Positions 26,492 through 35,308 of a DNA stretch of 35,308 bases are shown here, piece by piece. Within the stretch, counting starts at the first letter, position 1. Every line of letters begins with the position of its first letter. Both the position numbers and the translations under genes were made by a program. The notes beneath the pieces were generated by a model, which did not search any database, had not been told where the DNA came from, and saw only the letters and a program-made list of their open reading frames with translations. The stretch covers positions 1-35,308 of the forward strand of contig JAHEOI010000383.1 in the NCBI GenBank assembly GCA_018610125.1, given 5' to 3'. This stretch comes from Verrucomicrobiota bacterium (lineage in GTDB: Bacteria; Verrucomicrobiota; Verrucomicrobiia; Limisphaerales; JAHEOI01).

Positions 26492-28507
26492 ATGAAGAAA
26501 AAGACGACATCTTCCTCTAAGAGTGGTATTACCTCGGTGCTGCAGGAGGGACGGGTTTTCTCACCCCCGGAATCATTCGCCAAGGAGGCCCGGATCAAGA
26601 GCCTATCGAAGTACCGCAAGCTGTATCGCGAATCGATCAACGAGCCCGAGCGATTTTGGGACCGCGAAGCTCGGGAAGAGCTCGTCTGGTTCAAGGAATG
26701 GCGAAAGGTCCTCCAATGGAAGGCCCCCTATGCCAAGTGGTTTGTCGGTGGTCAGCTCAATGTCAGCTACAACTGCCTGGATCGGCATCTCGGCACGCCG
26801 ACAGCCAACAAGGCGGCGATTATTTGGGAAGGCGAGCCGGCCGAGCCCGGAAAACCGGGTGAAGAGCGAACGCTGACTTACCACCAACTGCACCGCCAGG
26901 TTTGTCAGTTTGCCAATGTGCTCAAGCGGAACGGGGTATCAAAAGGGGACCGTGTCATTATCTATCTCCCGATGGTTCCCGAGGCGGCAATTGCCATGCT
27001 CGCTTGCGCCCGCATCGGAGCCATCCACTCGGTCGTTTTCGGAGGATTTAGCGCGCAATCGGTGGCCGAACGGATCCATGATTGCCAAGCCAAGATGGTG
27101 ATCACGGCAGACGGTGGGTTTCGTCGAGGTGAGGTCGTCGCCCTGAAGGAAAAGGTCGACGAGGCCCTTGAGCTGGAGGACACAAACGGGACGACCTTGG
27201 CAGGGTCCGTCGAGAAAGTCATCGTCTTGCAGCGGACGGCCTCAGACGTTGAGATGCAATCCGGCCGAGATGTCTGGTGGCATGAAGAGCTCAGACAAGT
27301 CGACACGAGCTGCCCGGCTGAGAAGATGGATAGCGAAGCCCCACTTTATATCCTTTACACCAGCGGGTCTACTGGAAAGCCAAAAGGCATCCTCCACACC
27401 ACCGGTGGTTATCTGCTCGGAGTTAAGATGACAACCAAGTATGTCTTTGATATTCGGGATGACGACGTCTACTGGTGCACCGCCGATGTCGGGTGGGTCA
27501 CCGGACACAGCTACGTGGTTTACGGCCCGCTGGCCAATGGCGCCACCACCCTGATGTACGAGGGAGCCCCTAACTTCCCGGAACCGGACCGCTTTTGGCA
27601 GATCGTCGACAAATATTCCGTAACGATCATGTACACCGCCCCGACCGCAATTCGGGCATTCATGAAATGGGGCGATCAATGGCCGAAGCGTCATGATTTA
27701 AGCTCACTGCGACTCCTGGGGACTGTCGGTGAGCCGATCAATCCCGAGGCATGGATGTGGTATTATGAAGTGATCGGGGGGAAACGCTGCCCCATTGTCG
27801 ATACATGGTGGCAAACCGAGACAGGGGCAATCATGATCTCGCCATTACCGGGGACTACGCCGACAAAGCCGGGCTCGGCAACCTTGCCGTTCTTTGGGGT
27901 CGTGCCCGAAGTCGTCGACGAAGATGGGAAACCGGTCCCGAAAAATACCGGCGGCAAACTGATCATCAAGCAACCCTGGCCAAGCATGCTTCGCGGGATC
28001 TGGGGCGATCCGGAACGTTACAAACAGACGTACTGGAGTGAGGTCAAAGGATGTTATTTCACCGGTGACGGTTGCCGTCAGGATGAAGATGGCTATTTCT
28101 GGGTTGTCGGCCGAATCGATGATGTCTTGAATGTCTCCGGCCACCGGATCGGGACCGCCGAGGTGGAAAGCGCGCTCGTCAGTCACTCAAAGGTGGCCGA
28201 GGCAGCGGTGGTAGGACGACCGGACGAGGTCAAAGGCCAAGCCTTGGTCGCCTTTGTCACTGTCAAAGGGGGTGCCGACCCAACCCCCAAGCTCAGGGAG
28301 GAGCTCCGGAGTCACGTGGCCAAAGAGATCGGCCCGATGGCCAAACCCGACGATATCCGATTCGCCGAGGCACTCCCCAAGACCCGCTCCGGAAAGATCA
28401 TGCGGCGACTCCTCAAGGAGATCGCCTCCGGGGAGGAAGTCAAAGGAGACACGACGACCCTCGAGGACTTCACGGTCATTGCCAAGCTACAAGGCGAAGA
28501 AGACTGA
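26492..28507 (+). CDS. acs: Acetyl-CoA synthetase (acetate--CoA ligase)
   Basis: [71 protein letters not shown]. Confidence 0.97.
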   Translation: MKKKTTSSSKSGITSVLQEGRVFSPPESFAKEARIKSLSKYRKLYRESINEPERFWDREAREELVWFKEWRKVLQWKAPYAKWFVGGQLNVSYNCLDRHLGTPTANKAAIIWEGEPAEPGKPGEERTLTYHQLHRQVCQFANVLKRNGVSKGDRVIIYLPMVPEAAIAMLACARIGAIHSVVFGGFSAQSVAERIHDCQAKMVITADGGFRRGEVVALKEKVDEALELEDTNGTTLAGSVEKVIVLQRTASDVEMQSGRDVWWHEELRQVDTSCPAEKMDSEAPLYILYTSGSTGKPKGILHTTGGYLLGVKMTTKYVFDIRDDDVYWCTADVGWVTGHSYVVYGPLANGATTLMYEGAPNFPEPDRFWQIVDKYSVTIMYTAPTAIRAFMKWGDQWPKRHDLSSLRLLGTVGEPINPEAWMWYYEVIGGKRCPIVDTWWQTETGAIMISPLPGTTPTKPGSATLPFFGVVPEVVDEDGKPVPKNTGGKLIIKQPWPSMLRGIWGDPERYKQTYWSEVKGCYFTGDGCRQDEDGYFWVVGRIDDVLNVSGHRIGTAEVESALVSHSKVAEAAVVGRPDEVKGQALVAFVTVKGGADPTPKLREELRSHVAKEIGPMAKPDDIRFAEALPKTRSGKIMRRLLKEIASGEEVKGDTTTLEDFTVIAKLQGEED

Positions 28508-28530
28508 GCCCTTGGCGGCTCCTTCACCTC

Positions 28531-28562
28531 ATTCGTCTCCCTTCGCAAGAGGGGAGACGAAT
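28531..28562. terminator. Strong hairpin between convergent genes (possible terminator)
   Basis: ATTCGTCTCCCTTC-GCAA-GAGGGGAGACGAAT: 14-bp stem with one G-U pair and a GNRA loop; no U-tract. Confidence 0.55.
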
Positions 28563-28692
28563 GCCTGGCGCAGACCAAAAACGATGTCTGCCACTGATGA
28601 CGTTCCATAATGCCGCGTCTTCGCGGGTCGTGGGAATGCCTCCCTCGGATAGAGCTGACCTCCGGGGGAGGGGAAAACCGATCAGACTCCAC

Positions 28693-29253
28693 TTAGCGTC
28701 GGAAAAGGACGATCAAGGCAACCCCAAACAAAGTGAGCGACAGAACCGAGTTTTCCGGGATCATTGAAGCCGGATAAACGAAAAAGCCTTCAAGGTTTCG
28801 CAGGAAAGTCGGACTCTCGGGAGCCCCGGCCTTTAACATGAGAGTATCCGACAACCCGGCCGCAATGTCGTTGCGCCCGCTCGCTACGACCGTTTCAAAT
28901 GTCTCACCGCCATTGACGTTCCACACCCGCACCTGAGCTCTTGCCTCCTGACCGGGAGCAATCCAGTCAACGGTGCGTGTCAGGTCTTCATCGACTCCCC
29001 AATAGCCGGCATTATCGCCAATCCCGAACGCGACCGGGTCACTGACTCGCTTAAATGGTTCCCGTGACTCGCCGGTCATCCCCAAATAGAGCTGCGCCAG
29101 ATATTGGGAACCGGCAAGCCGAGTCCCATCCAAGTGAAACACAGGGGCGTCGATTCCCTTGGAAGGCACACGGTTACTGAAATTAAACGTCCCTTGCCCG
29201 AACGCGGTCATCACCGCGAGCATCAAGCAGAGACTCAAGGATTTCGCCTTCAT
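28693..29253 (-). CDS. PEP-CTERM-like surface protein (variant IPEN motif)
   Basis: Signal peptide ending AFGQGTFNFSN; IDAPVF..DGT.L.G..Y.AQLY and QVRVW motifs; C-terminus IPENSVLSLTLFGVALIVLFRR. Confidence 0.8.
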   Translation of the reverse strand: MKAKSLSLCLMLAVMTAFGQGTFNFSNRVPSKGIDAPVFHLDGTRLAGSQYLAQLYLGMTGESREPFKRVSDPVAFGIGDNAGYWGVDEDLTRTVDWIAPGQEARAQVRVWNVNGGETFETVVASGRNDIAAGLSDTLMLKAGAPESPTFLRNLEGFFVYPASMIPENSVLSLTLFGVALIVLFRR

Positions 29254-29283
29254 AAATAACTCCAAGGCTTCTCCCGGTCGGGT

Positions 29284-32200
29284 TTATTCCACGGAAGCAT
29301 ATGCGGCCTGGCTCAGATTCCTAAATACACCACTGCCGGTCACCTCGTCACGAACCCCGCGTACCTGATAAAGTTTCGCGCCATCCGGAGCGGCTTCATC
29401 GGTGAATCCGGTCCCAGCCAGCGCTTCCTCGGTCAGCAGCTCGAATGGCCCCTCCAATCCATTGACTGAGCGATAGACAAAATAGCCAACCTGCGGAGAC
29501 GGCGGACCGTCCCAGCTAAGCGAAACGTCCCCACCCTCCGCCTCGGCGACCAGTCCTGTCGGAGGTGAATCCACATAGAGCCGCAATGTCGGATCGCCTA
29601 TCAAAGCGATATGGATGTTGTACCCGTTGCTCCAGTCGAATAAGACGAAATCTCGCGTATCCAAGCCATTAATGGTCTTGACGACACTTTTCCCTAGGCT
29701 ATCACCCCAGGCCATCGATTGCCACCGCTGTTTGAACCACCGTCCCCACAGCGCTGCCAAGCCTGAGCCGGTCGGGGCAAGGCTCGCTCGAAGCAAGTTA
29801 TCCTCGGTGTTCCATTCACCAAAAAACGAGCCGTCCAACACGTAGAAACCGGTATTCGGCGCCTTCGAAGGGTCCGCGAAGTCCGCTGTCGTGTGGGAAT
29901 GACTTTTGTTCCCCACCCCGATCGCGTCGTAAAAGCCGGCCCCAAATTGGAAGCCCCAGAGATAATTCCCCTGAGTCTTGAAATGGTTGACTTGACGTAT
30001 TCGCGTTGGCTCAAGCCCGAACCAGGCACTAACATTTTTGAGGGCATAGCTATAGAGCAAGCGATTGGGGTCAACTCCGAGCGATCCTCCGAAAAAACCA
30101 AGTGAGGCAACCTTATCTCGAAAACGAAGCTTGTGCTGCCGGTAGCGATGATTTTTATCAAGATACCGCTTGAGCAGGTCGATCTCAGAGATTAGGGCAA
30201 CCCCGTCCGGCGGCGTTTCAGTGAATGTCGGCAGATTGGCAAAATCGACTCGCCCGACAGCGACCTCGATGCTGGACGGGAAGCGTCGCTGATCAAAGAT
30301 CCCGTCGCTCGGCACGTTGGGCACGGGCGGAATGCCCCGGAGCCGGTCCTTTATCCCTTCATGCTCAAGAACGTCCGACCAGTGAATTCGAACGACTTTC
30401 ACCCCCTGCGATTCCGACACATCGATGCTCCCCAAGTCTTTGAGGAATTCGACCTTGAGGTAGCTCTCCCCATTGAGCGCTCTCTTCGTGACGGCTTCGA
30501 CGTTGACATTGCTCTCCGAGCCATCGATTGCCAGTCCCCGAAGCTCGAGAATGGAGATTTGGCGATCGGCACGAAAGGGCTGGACGTTGTCGACCTTAAT
30601 CCAACGGACATCGTTAGCAAGCACGTTGAAGTCCTCGGTTATTTGGGGGCCGGGCACGTGAAAATCTGAAGAGGTCTCGTAGAATGCGCCTGCCGGGTCA
30701 TTGTCTGTGACCGTTTCACGGGGCGGCATGACGGTATCGCCGTAATAAAAATCGACCGGCCATGGTCGATCATGGTGGCCATCGGGACGGAATTGCCCGG
30801 ACTGGGGGATCGGCACATGACCGATTAGGAATACGGCCCTCAAGCTCTCCGGATTCTTCTGATACTCGCTCTCGACGAGGGCTTTGATCTCACGGATTTT
30901 AGGGATATTGTTTTCCCAGTTTTGGTCGTCATGCCGAGGCACCTGATGTCGAGTTACCAGCCAGCCATCGCCGACGAGATCCCTTTTCAATCGGTCAAGC
31001 TCCGCACTCAGCTCGGGTGCCACGGTCTCGTCCACCAGCACCAATGCCCGCCCTCGTTCATGAATCACTTCCGGCTCCACTCTTGAAACAACGTACCGAT
31101 CAAACAGCTCATCCGTTGTCGATTTTTGCTCATCGAGATTCGCTTCTTCACGCCGAATTCGGAATTCATATCGAGTCGTCGGCTTGATAGCTGCCGGCGC
31201 ATTCGTATAGCTCCATTGGTGGTAGTTCCGAGCCAGCACGCTCCAATTTCGTTCGCCGACCGGGCGCCGTTCGATCAACACCGGGTCTCCGGGAATCCCT
31301 TTCCAATCGAGGCGAATTGTCTCCGGAGACGATTGGATCGAGGCGCTCAAGGTAAAATCATGAGAATACTTATCGATATCGCCCCCTGGGCGATAATTGA
31401 ACGTTTCCAGCTCCTCGAACGCCCCCTTGGCCGGTTTTGTGCCATCCCGAGCGCTTCCAATCGTCAGTCCGTCGCTCTCTCGAACCGACTTGGAAGGGAC
31501 CACTGTCATCCCATTACCCGCATTTGGGAGCCGCTCGTCATCGACTTCAATCGCCGTGAAAGTCGGCGTGTACGTCACAAGGATCTTATGCCATCGGTTC
31601 GCTTCCCAATCGATCGGGGCGACCACGTGCTTCTTCTCTTTCCCACCCGCCTGGGATACAAAACGGATCTCGTTTCCCGAGGCGTTGATGGAAACACCCC
31701 AGAAACCTTGAGAGGCGTCTTGGGCCGATTCTCCGACCGTCAACAATCGGGCAGTCTCTCCGGGCCCCTCACCCGAGCCCCAATTCGGTTTAAACCAAAA
31801 GCGAAAAGCGCCATTTCTTAGGTTGAAATTGGGGCTTCCATTCGGCTCGACATCTCGGTAACGAAGGATGGATTTCGGCTCGCTTGGCTTATGAGCCAAC
31901 GCAAGCCCTGCAAAACTTGGGACATTCGTCGTACCGACATTCTCTAAAGGCATCTGGCCCGTTTCGCCGACCATCGAGGCCTCATCAAACTTCCAATGGC
32001 CGAGACGAACGAACTCAACGCTGTCGGGATCCAAGGGATCGGTCCCGTCCTCGATCTCCTGTGCATCATTCCGTCCGTCGTAATCGCTGTCCTGTGCCTT
32101 GAGGTCGATTGTCGGAACGGTCACCAGGTCCACCGCCGCCTTCGCCAGTCGAGTGGAATCCGATTTCGTCAACGCACCGTCGCGATTTACATCCGCAAAC

Positions 32201-32412
32201 AGGGCTACTTCCGATGGCAACGGCGCCGTTCCCCGCAAGTGGTTGACCAGGAAAGCCACATCCTTAATCGTCAAGCGCCCGTCCTCATTAAGGTCCCCGG
32301 TCTGCTCAGGAAGCCCCCACGTCGGCGTCAGCTCACCCGCCCCAAGGATTATCACCAGGAAAAGGCAAAGGAGTGCCGAGAATGATGACGTTTTGGGCTG
32401 ACCGCTGTTCAT
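29284..32412 (-). CDS. Large secreted modular protein: dockerin-like, Ca-binding repeat, LamG-like, FN3, gingipain/C25-like core, FN3
   Basis: GDLNEDGRLTIKD...ADVNRDGALTKSD (paired dockerin loops); DSDYDGRNDAQEIEDGTDPLDPDS; GAFRFWFKPNW...WHKILVTY (LamG); AVFLIGHVP, DFYYGD, VAVGRV and LIGDPTLRL (C25-like); VSLSW..GYFVYRS (FN3). Confidence 0.8.
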   Translation of the reverse strand: MNSGQPKTSSFSALLCLFLVIILGAGELTPTWGLPEQTGDLNEDGRLTIKDVAFLVNHLRGTAPLPSEVALFADVNRDGALTKSDSTRLAKAAVDLVTVPTIDLKAQDSDYDGRNDAQEIEDGTDPLDPDSVEFVRLGHWKFDEASMVGETGQMPLENVGTTNVPSFAGLALAHKPSEPKSILRYRDVEPNGSPNFNLRNGAFRFWFKPNWGSGEGPGETARLLTVGESAQDASQGFWGVSINASGNEIRFVSQAGGKEKKHVVAPIDWEANRWHKILVTYTPTFTAIEVDDERLPNAGNGMTVVPSKSVRESDGLTIGSARDGTKPAKGAFEELETFNYRPGGDIDKYSHDFTLSASIQSSPETIRLDWKGIPGDPVLIERRPVGERNWSVLARNYHQWSYTNAPAAIKPTTRYEFRIRREEANLDEQKSTTDELFDRYVVSRVEPEVIHERGRALVLVDETVAPELSAELDRLKRDLVGDGWLVTRHQVPRHDDQNWENNIPKIREIKALVESEYQKNPESLRAVFLIGHVPIPQSGQFRPDGHHDRPWPVDFYYGDTVMPPRETVTDNDPAGAFYETSSDFHVPGPQITEDFNVLANDVRWIKVDNVQPFRADRQISILELRGLAIDGSESNVNVEAVTKRALNGESYLKVEFLKDLGSIDVSESQGVKVVRIHWSDVLEHEGIKDRLRGIPPVPNVPSDGIFDQRRFPSSIEVAVGRVDFANLPTFTETPPDGVALISEIDLLKRYLDKNHRYRQHKLRFRDKVASLGFFGGSLGVDPNRLLYSYALKNVSAWFGLEPTRIRQVNHFKTQGNYLWGFQFGAGFYDAIGVGNKSHSHTTADFADPSKAPNTGFYVLDGSFFGEWNTEDNLLRASLAPTGSGLAALWGRWFKQRWQSMAWGDSLGKSVVKTINGLDTRDFVLFDWSNGYNIHIALIGDPTLRLYVDSPPTGLVAEAEGGDVSLSWDGPPSPQVGYFVYRSVNGLEGPFELLTEEALAGTGFTDEAAPDGAKLYQVRGVRDEVTGSGVFRNLSQAAYASVE

Positions 32413-32421
32413 TGAGCCCGC

Positions 32422-33474
32422 CTACTCCATTTCACCGGGCTGGGGTACTGTGGATTGGGAATGGATTGCTTGGAGCTGCTTTTCCAGCTCACCAACCCGA
32501 CGAAGCAAATCCGGAAGCTGTTGTTGCGCGATAAGCTGACGCTTCATCTGATGGCTTGGTTGTGCCGGCGAGCCGAACCATTTCTCGCCGGAACCGATAT
32601 TGTGCATCACTCCCGATTGACCCGCAACCGTGCTGCGATCGCCCAGCTTGAGGTGCCCCGCGACCCCTGTCTGACCGGCCAAAGTGACATAATTCCCAAG
32701 TTGAGTGCTCCCCGCAATCCCGGCTTGGGCCACGACAATGCAATGCTCACCGATCTCAACGTTATGAGCAATCATCACCAGGTTGTCGATCTTGCTCCCC
32801 CGACCGATCACTGTCGGTCCCAACGCCCCTCGATCAATCGTTACATTGGCACCGATTTCCACATCCTCTCGGATATCGACGTACCCGATTTGAGGCACCT
32901 TTAAATGACGCCCCGCTTCCATGACGTAGCCAAAGCCATCCGAGCCAACCACGCTATTGGCATGGATTCGTGAGCGATTCCCGATCAGGGATTTCGAATA
33001 AACGATGACCCCTGGAAAGAGCTGCGCTTCATCGCCGATGGCAGACTCGGCACCGACATAGTTATTGCCATGCAGCACGGCATGCTGACCAAGCCGGACA
33101 TTTTCCTCGATCACGCAATTGGGACCGACATAGGCCGACCCGGAGACCGTGGCACTCGAAGCAACCTCGGCGGTCGGATGAATTCCGGGTGTCCGTTGCG
33201 GCTCGGGAAAGAAAAACGGCACCACCTTGGCAAAGGCCACACGCGGCTTGGAAACCCGAATCAGCGCCTTCGATCCCTTGACCTGCTCTTCATCGACAAG
33301 GATTGCCGAAGCAGCGCTCTGCTCGGCCAAACGAAAATAATGGCTATTCTCGGCGAACGTCAGATCGCCCGGCTGGGCGTTCTCGGCCGCTGTAAAGCCG
33401 GATAGCTCCATCTCCGGATTCCCGTCCACCCATCCACCGATCCGCTCCGCGATGTCACCTGCAGTTATTGGCAT
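32422..33474 (-). CDS. lpxD: UDP-3-O-(3-hydroxyacyl)glucosamine N-acyltransferase
   Basis: Hexapeptide repeats, [37 protein letters not shown]. Confidence 0.96.
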   Translation of the reverse strand: MPITAGDIAERIGGWVDGNPEMELSGFTAAENAQPGDLTFAENSHYFRLAEQSAASAILVDEEQVKGSKALIRVSKPRVAFAKVVPFFFPEPQRTPGIHPTAEVASSATVSGSAYVGPNCVIEENVRLGQHAVLHGNNYVGAESAIGDEAQLFPGVIVYSKSLIGNRSRIHANSVVGSDGFGYVMEAGRHLKVPQIGYVDIREDVEIGANVTIDRGALGPTVIGRGSKIDNLVMIAHNVEIGEHCIVVAQAGIAGSTQLGNYVTLAGQTGVAGHLKLGDRSTVAGQSGVMHNIGSGEKWFGSPAQPSHQMKRQLIAQQQLPDLLRRVGELEKQLQAIHSQSTVPQPGEME

Positions 33475-33531
33475 GATATTTCCCCTCACCGACCTTCCTT
33501 CCCCTAATTGCCTTAAGGCGATTTCCCTTAG

Positions 33532-33894
33532 TCAAATCCCTCGAGAATGCTCGATCTGATTCCCTTCGCCAAGGACAATGACACGGGGCTGCCATTTCTT
33601 GGCTTCGGCCGCCTCCAGCGTCACATAGCTCATAATGGTCAGACGATCCCCCTGCTTACCCAGATGCGCGGCGGCTCCGTTGAGGACAATATCTCCCGAC
33701 CCCCGTTTTCCCGGGATCGCATACGTCTCGAACCGGGCTCCGTTGGCCATGTTGCTACACAATACCCGCTCGTTCGGCAGAAGACCGACCTTTTCCATCA
33801 AGTCCTCGGCAACGGTCAGGCTACCTTCATATTCCAGATCGGCTTCCGTCACTTGCGCTCGATGGAGCTTCGATTTGAGTAAATGAACCTGCAT
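33532..33894 (-). CDS. panD: Aspartate 1-decarboxylase
   Basis: LKSKLHRAQVT, YEGSLT (Gly-Ser self-cleavage site), NGARFETYAI, LNGAAAH. Confidence 0.96.
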   Translation of the reverse strand: MQVHLLKSKLHRAQVTEADLEYEGSLTVAEDLMEKVGLLPNERVLCSNMANGARFETYAIPGKRGSGDIVLNGAAAHLGKQGDRLTIMSYVTLEAAEAKKWQPRVIVLGEGNQIEHSRGI

Positions 33895-33910
33895 ACAGTC
33901 AAGTCACACG

Positions 33911-33940
33911 TTGACTCCCTCACTCCACCTTCATTATAAA
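33911..33940 (+). promoter_or_regulatory. Putative sigma70 promoter
   Basis: TTGACT-N18-TATAAA in the divergent panD/oxidoreductase gap. Confidence 0.4.
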
Positions 33941-34121
33941 CAGCGAGACCGATCGGTTCAATCACGACTTGGAGATAAGAACGATACCGATAACGAACGA
34001 AAATGAGGCACGGGGAGCCGAAAGAGACGGTCATACGGATCGGTTCGAGGCGCTTATCCCGCTTCGTTGAGGCAGATCAGGTGACAGTTCCGACAATCAT
34101 AATACCAAATCAATCAAAGCA

Positions 34122-35195
34122 ATGAGCTCCCTCGGTGTAGCCCTTATAGGATGCGGCGGTGTCGCCCTGGCCAATCACGTGCCCGGATTGAAGCTTGCCC
34201 GCGATGCCGCATTGGTCGCCCTTTGCGACAGCAGCGAACAAGTGCTGGCGCAAGCAGCCGAAGCGACCGGGATCCGGACGACCCTCCAAGATTATCGGCA
34301 AATTATGGAGCTCCCGGAGGTGGACGCTGTGATCATCGCCACGCCGAATCGGTTCCACGCGCCAATGGCCAAGGCCGCTGCCTCGGCCGGCAAGCATGTG
34401 CTCTGTGAAAAGCCTTTGGCCATGGGCTACTCCGAAAGCCAAGCCATGCTCGATGCCGTCGACAAAGCCGGGATTTGCCACATGACGGCGTTCACTTATC
34501 GGTTTGTGCCGGCCATGCGATTCATGGCCCATCTGGTTGACAATGGTGAGATCGGCACCCCCTTTCACTTCCGGTCATCCCGGCTCCAAGACTGGAGCGA
34601 CCGCTATCTCGGATGGCGTCAATCTGCCGACCTTGCCGGCACCGGAGAGCTCGGGGACATGTTGTCACATCGGATCGACTTTGCCCATTTACTGTTCGGC
34701 CCGATCCAAGAAGTGGTCGCAGATCAACGGCAGTTCTTCCCCACACGCGAAGGAAACCCCTCCGACCTCGAGGATTGGGTAGGCCTGATGGCGCGATTCG
34801 CGAATGGAGCCACCGGCATGCTGGAAAGCAGCAAGGCCGCAAGCGGCCATGGCGAAGGCGGTTACAGCCAGGACTTTTGCGAGGTCACCGGCAGTCGTGC
34901 CAGCCTGATCTACAACCTCGAGCGTCCCAATGAAATCCAGATCGGCAAACAGGGAGAGAGGTTGAGCTCTGTCTCGGTCCCGCGAGACTTTTTGACACTC
35001 CCGGACAGCCCCCGAAACCCTGACGAGGGAGATCCCGTGGCCACATTCCGATACGATCAAGATATCGAATTCGTTCAAGCCATTCACGATCGCCGCCCCT
35101 GCCAACCCTCCTTTCATGACGGGGCTCGCGTGCAGGCCGTTATGGATGCAGCCCTCCAGTCAATCCATGAGCGAACTTGGACCTCGGTACCGTAG
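34122..35195 (+). CDS. Gfo/Idh/MocA family oxidoreductase
   Basis: VALIGCGGVA, VDAVIIATPNRFH, GKHVLCEKPLA, GELGDMLSHRID. Confidence 0.95.
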   Translation: MSSLGVALIGCGGVALANHVPGLKLARDAALVALCDSSEQVLAQAAEATGIRTTLQDYRQIMELPEVDAVIIATPNRFHAPMAKAAASAGKHVLCEKPLAMGYSESQAMLDAVDKAGICHMTAFTYRFVPAMRFMAHLVDNGEIGTPFHFRSSRLQDWSDRYLGWRQSADLAGTGELGDMLSHRIDFAHLLFGPIQEVVADQRQFFPTREGNPSDLEDWVGLMARFANGATGMLESSKAASGHGEGGYSQDFCEVTGSRASLIYNLERPNEIQIGKQGERLSSVSVPRDFLTLPDSPRNPDEGDPVATFRYDQDIEFVQAIHDRRPCQPSFHDGARVQAVMDAALQSIHERTWTSVP

Positions 35196-35308
35196 CGAGG
35201 CATTACCTTTAGAGCCAAGCGAGCCACTCCCCCACGGCTCCGACTTGACCAGGCTCGCAAGTTGACCTACCATTCGGTAAATAGCCGAATGGAACCCCAC
35301 GGACAACA

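Noticed and set aside
35270-35308. Hairpin CCATTCGG-N7-CCGAATGG overlapping a possible ATG at 35289
   Set aside because: At the window edge; cannot tell a terminator from the start of the next gene.

Overview
Bacterial chromosomal window, most likely Verrucomicrobiota. The inference rests on a PEP-CTERM-like protein, an H-X9-DG prepilin-like protein, a sulfatase, a Tat PhoD-like protein, verrucomicrobial-type C-terminal domains and sigma54 promoters. From left to right it holds: a partial NtrC-family sigma54 regulator; an FKBP/SlyD isomerase; a tight minus-strand run egtD - betaine-type ABC ATPase - SBP/permease fusion - 252-aa protein with a recombinase-type DNA-binding motif - type III Mod - type III Res; a gamma-glutamyltranspeptidase gene collapsed to its two ends; a small membrane peptide plus putP; a hairpin/tandem-repeat intergenic region; a sulfatase; a WarA/WarB-like methyltransferase/InaA-kinase pair; a PhoD-like phosphatase; an Asp/Glu racemase; an 8-bp microsatellite; sigma54-preceded secreted proteins; acs; a panD-lpxD-dockerin/C25-like-PEP-CTERM-like run; and a Gfo/Idh/MocA oxidoreductase. 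The most notable features are the type III R-M module, whose Res keeps all helicase motifs but appears to lack its C-terminal nuclease domain and has an unusual DNA-binding gene directly upstream, the orphan egtD coupled to a betaine-family transporter beside a collapsed ggt, and a candidate sRNA hairpin exposing an anti-Shine-Dalgarno sequence. Family calls come from motifs recognised by eye; no database searches were run.
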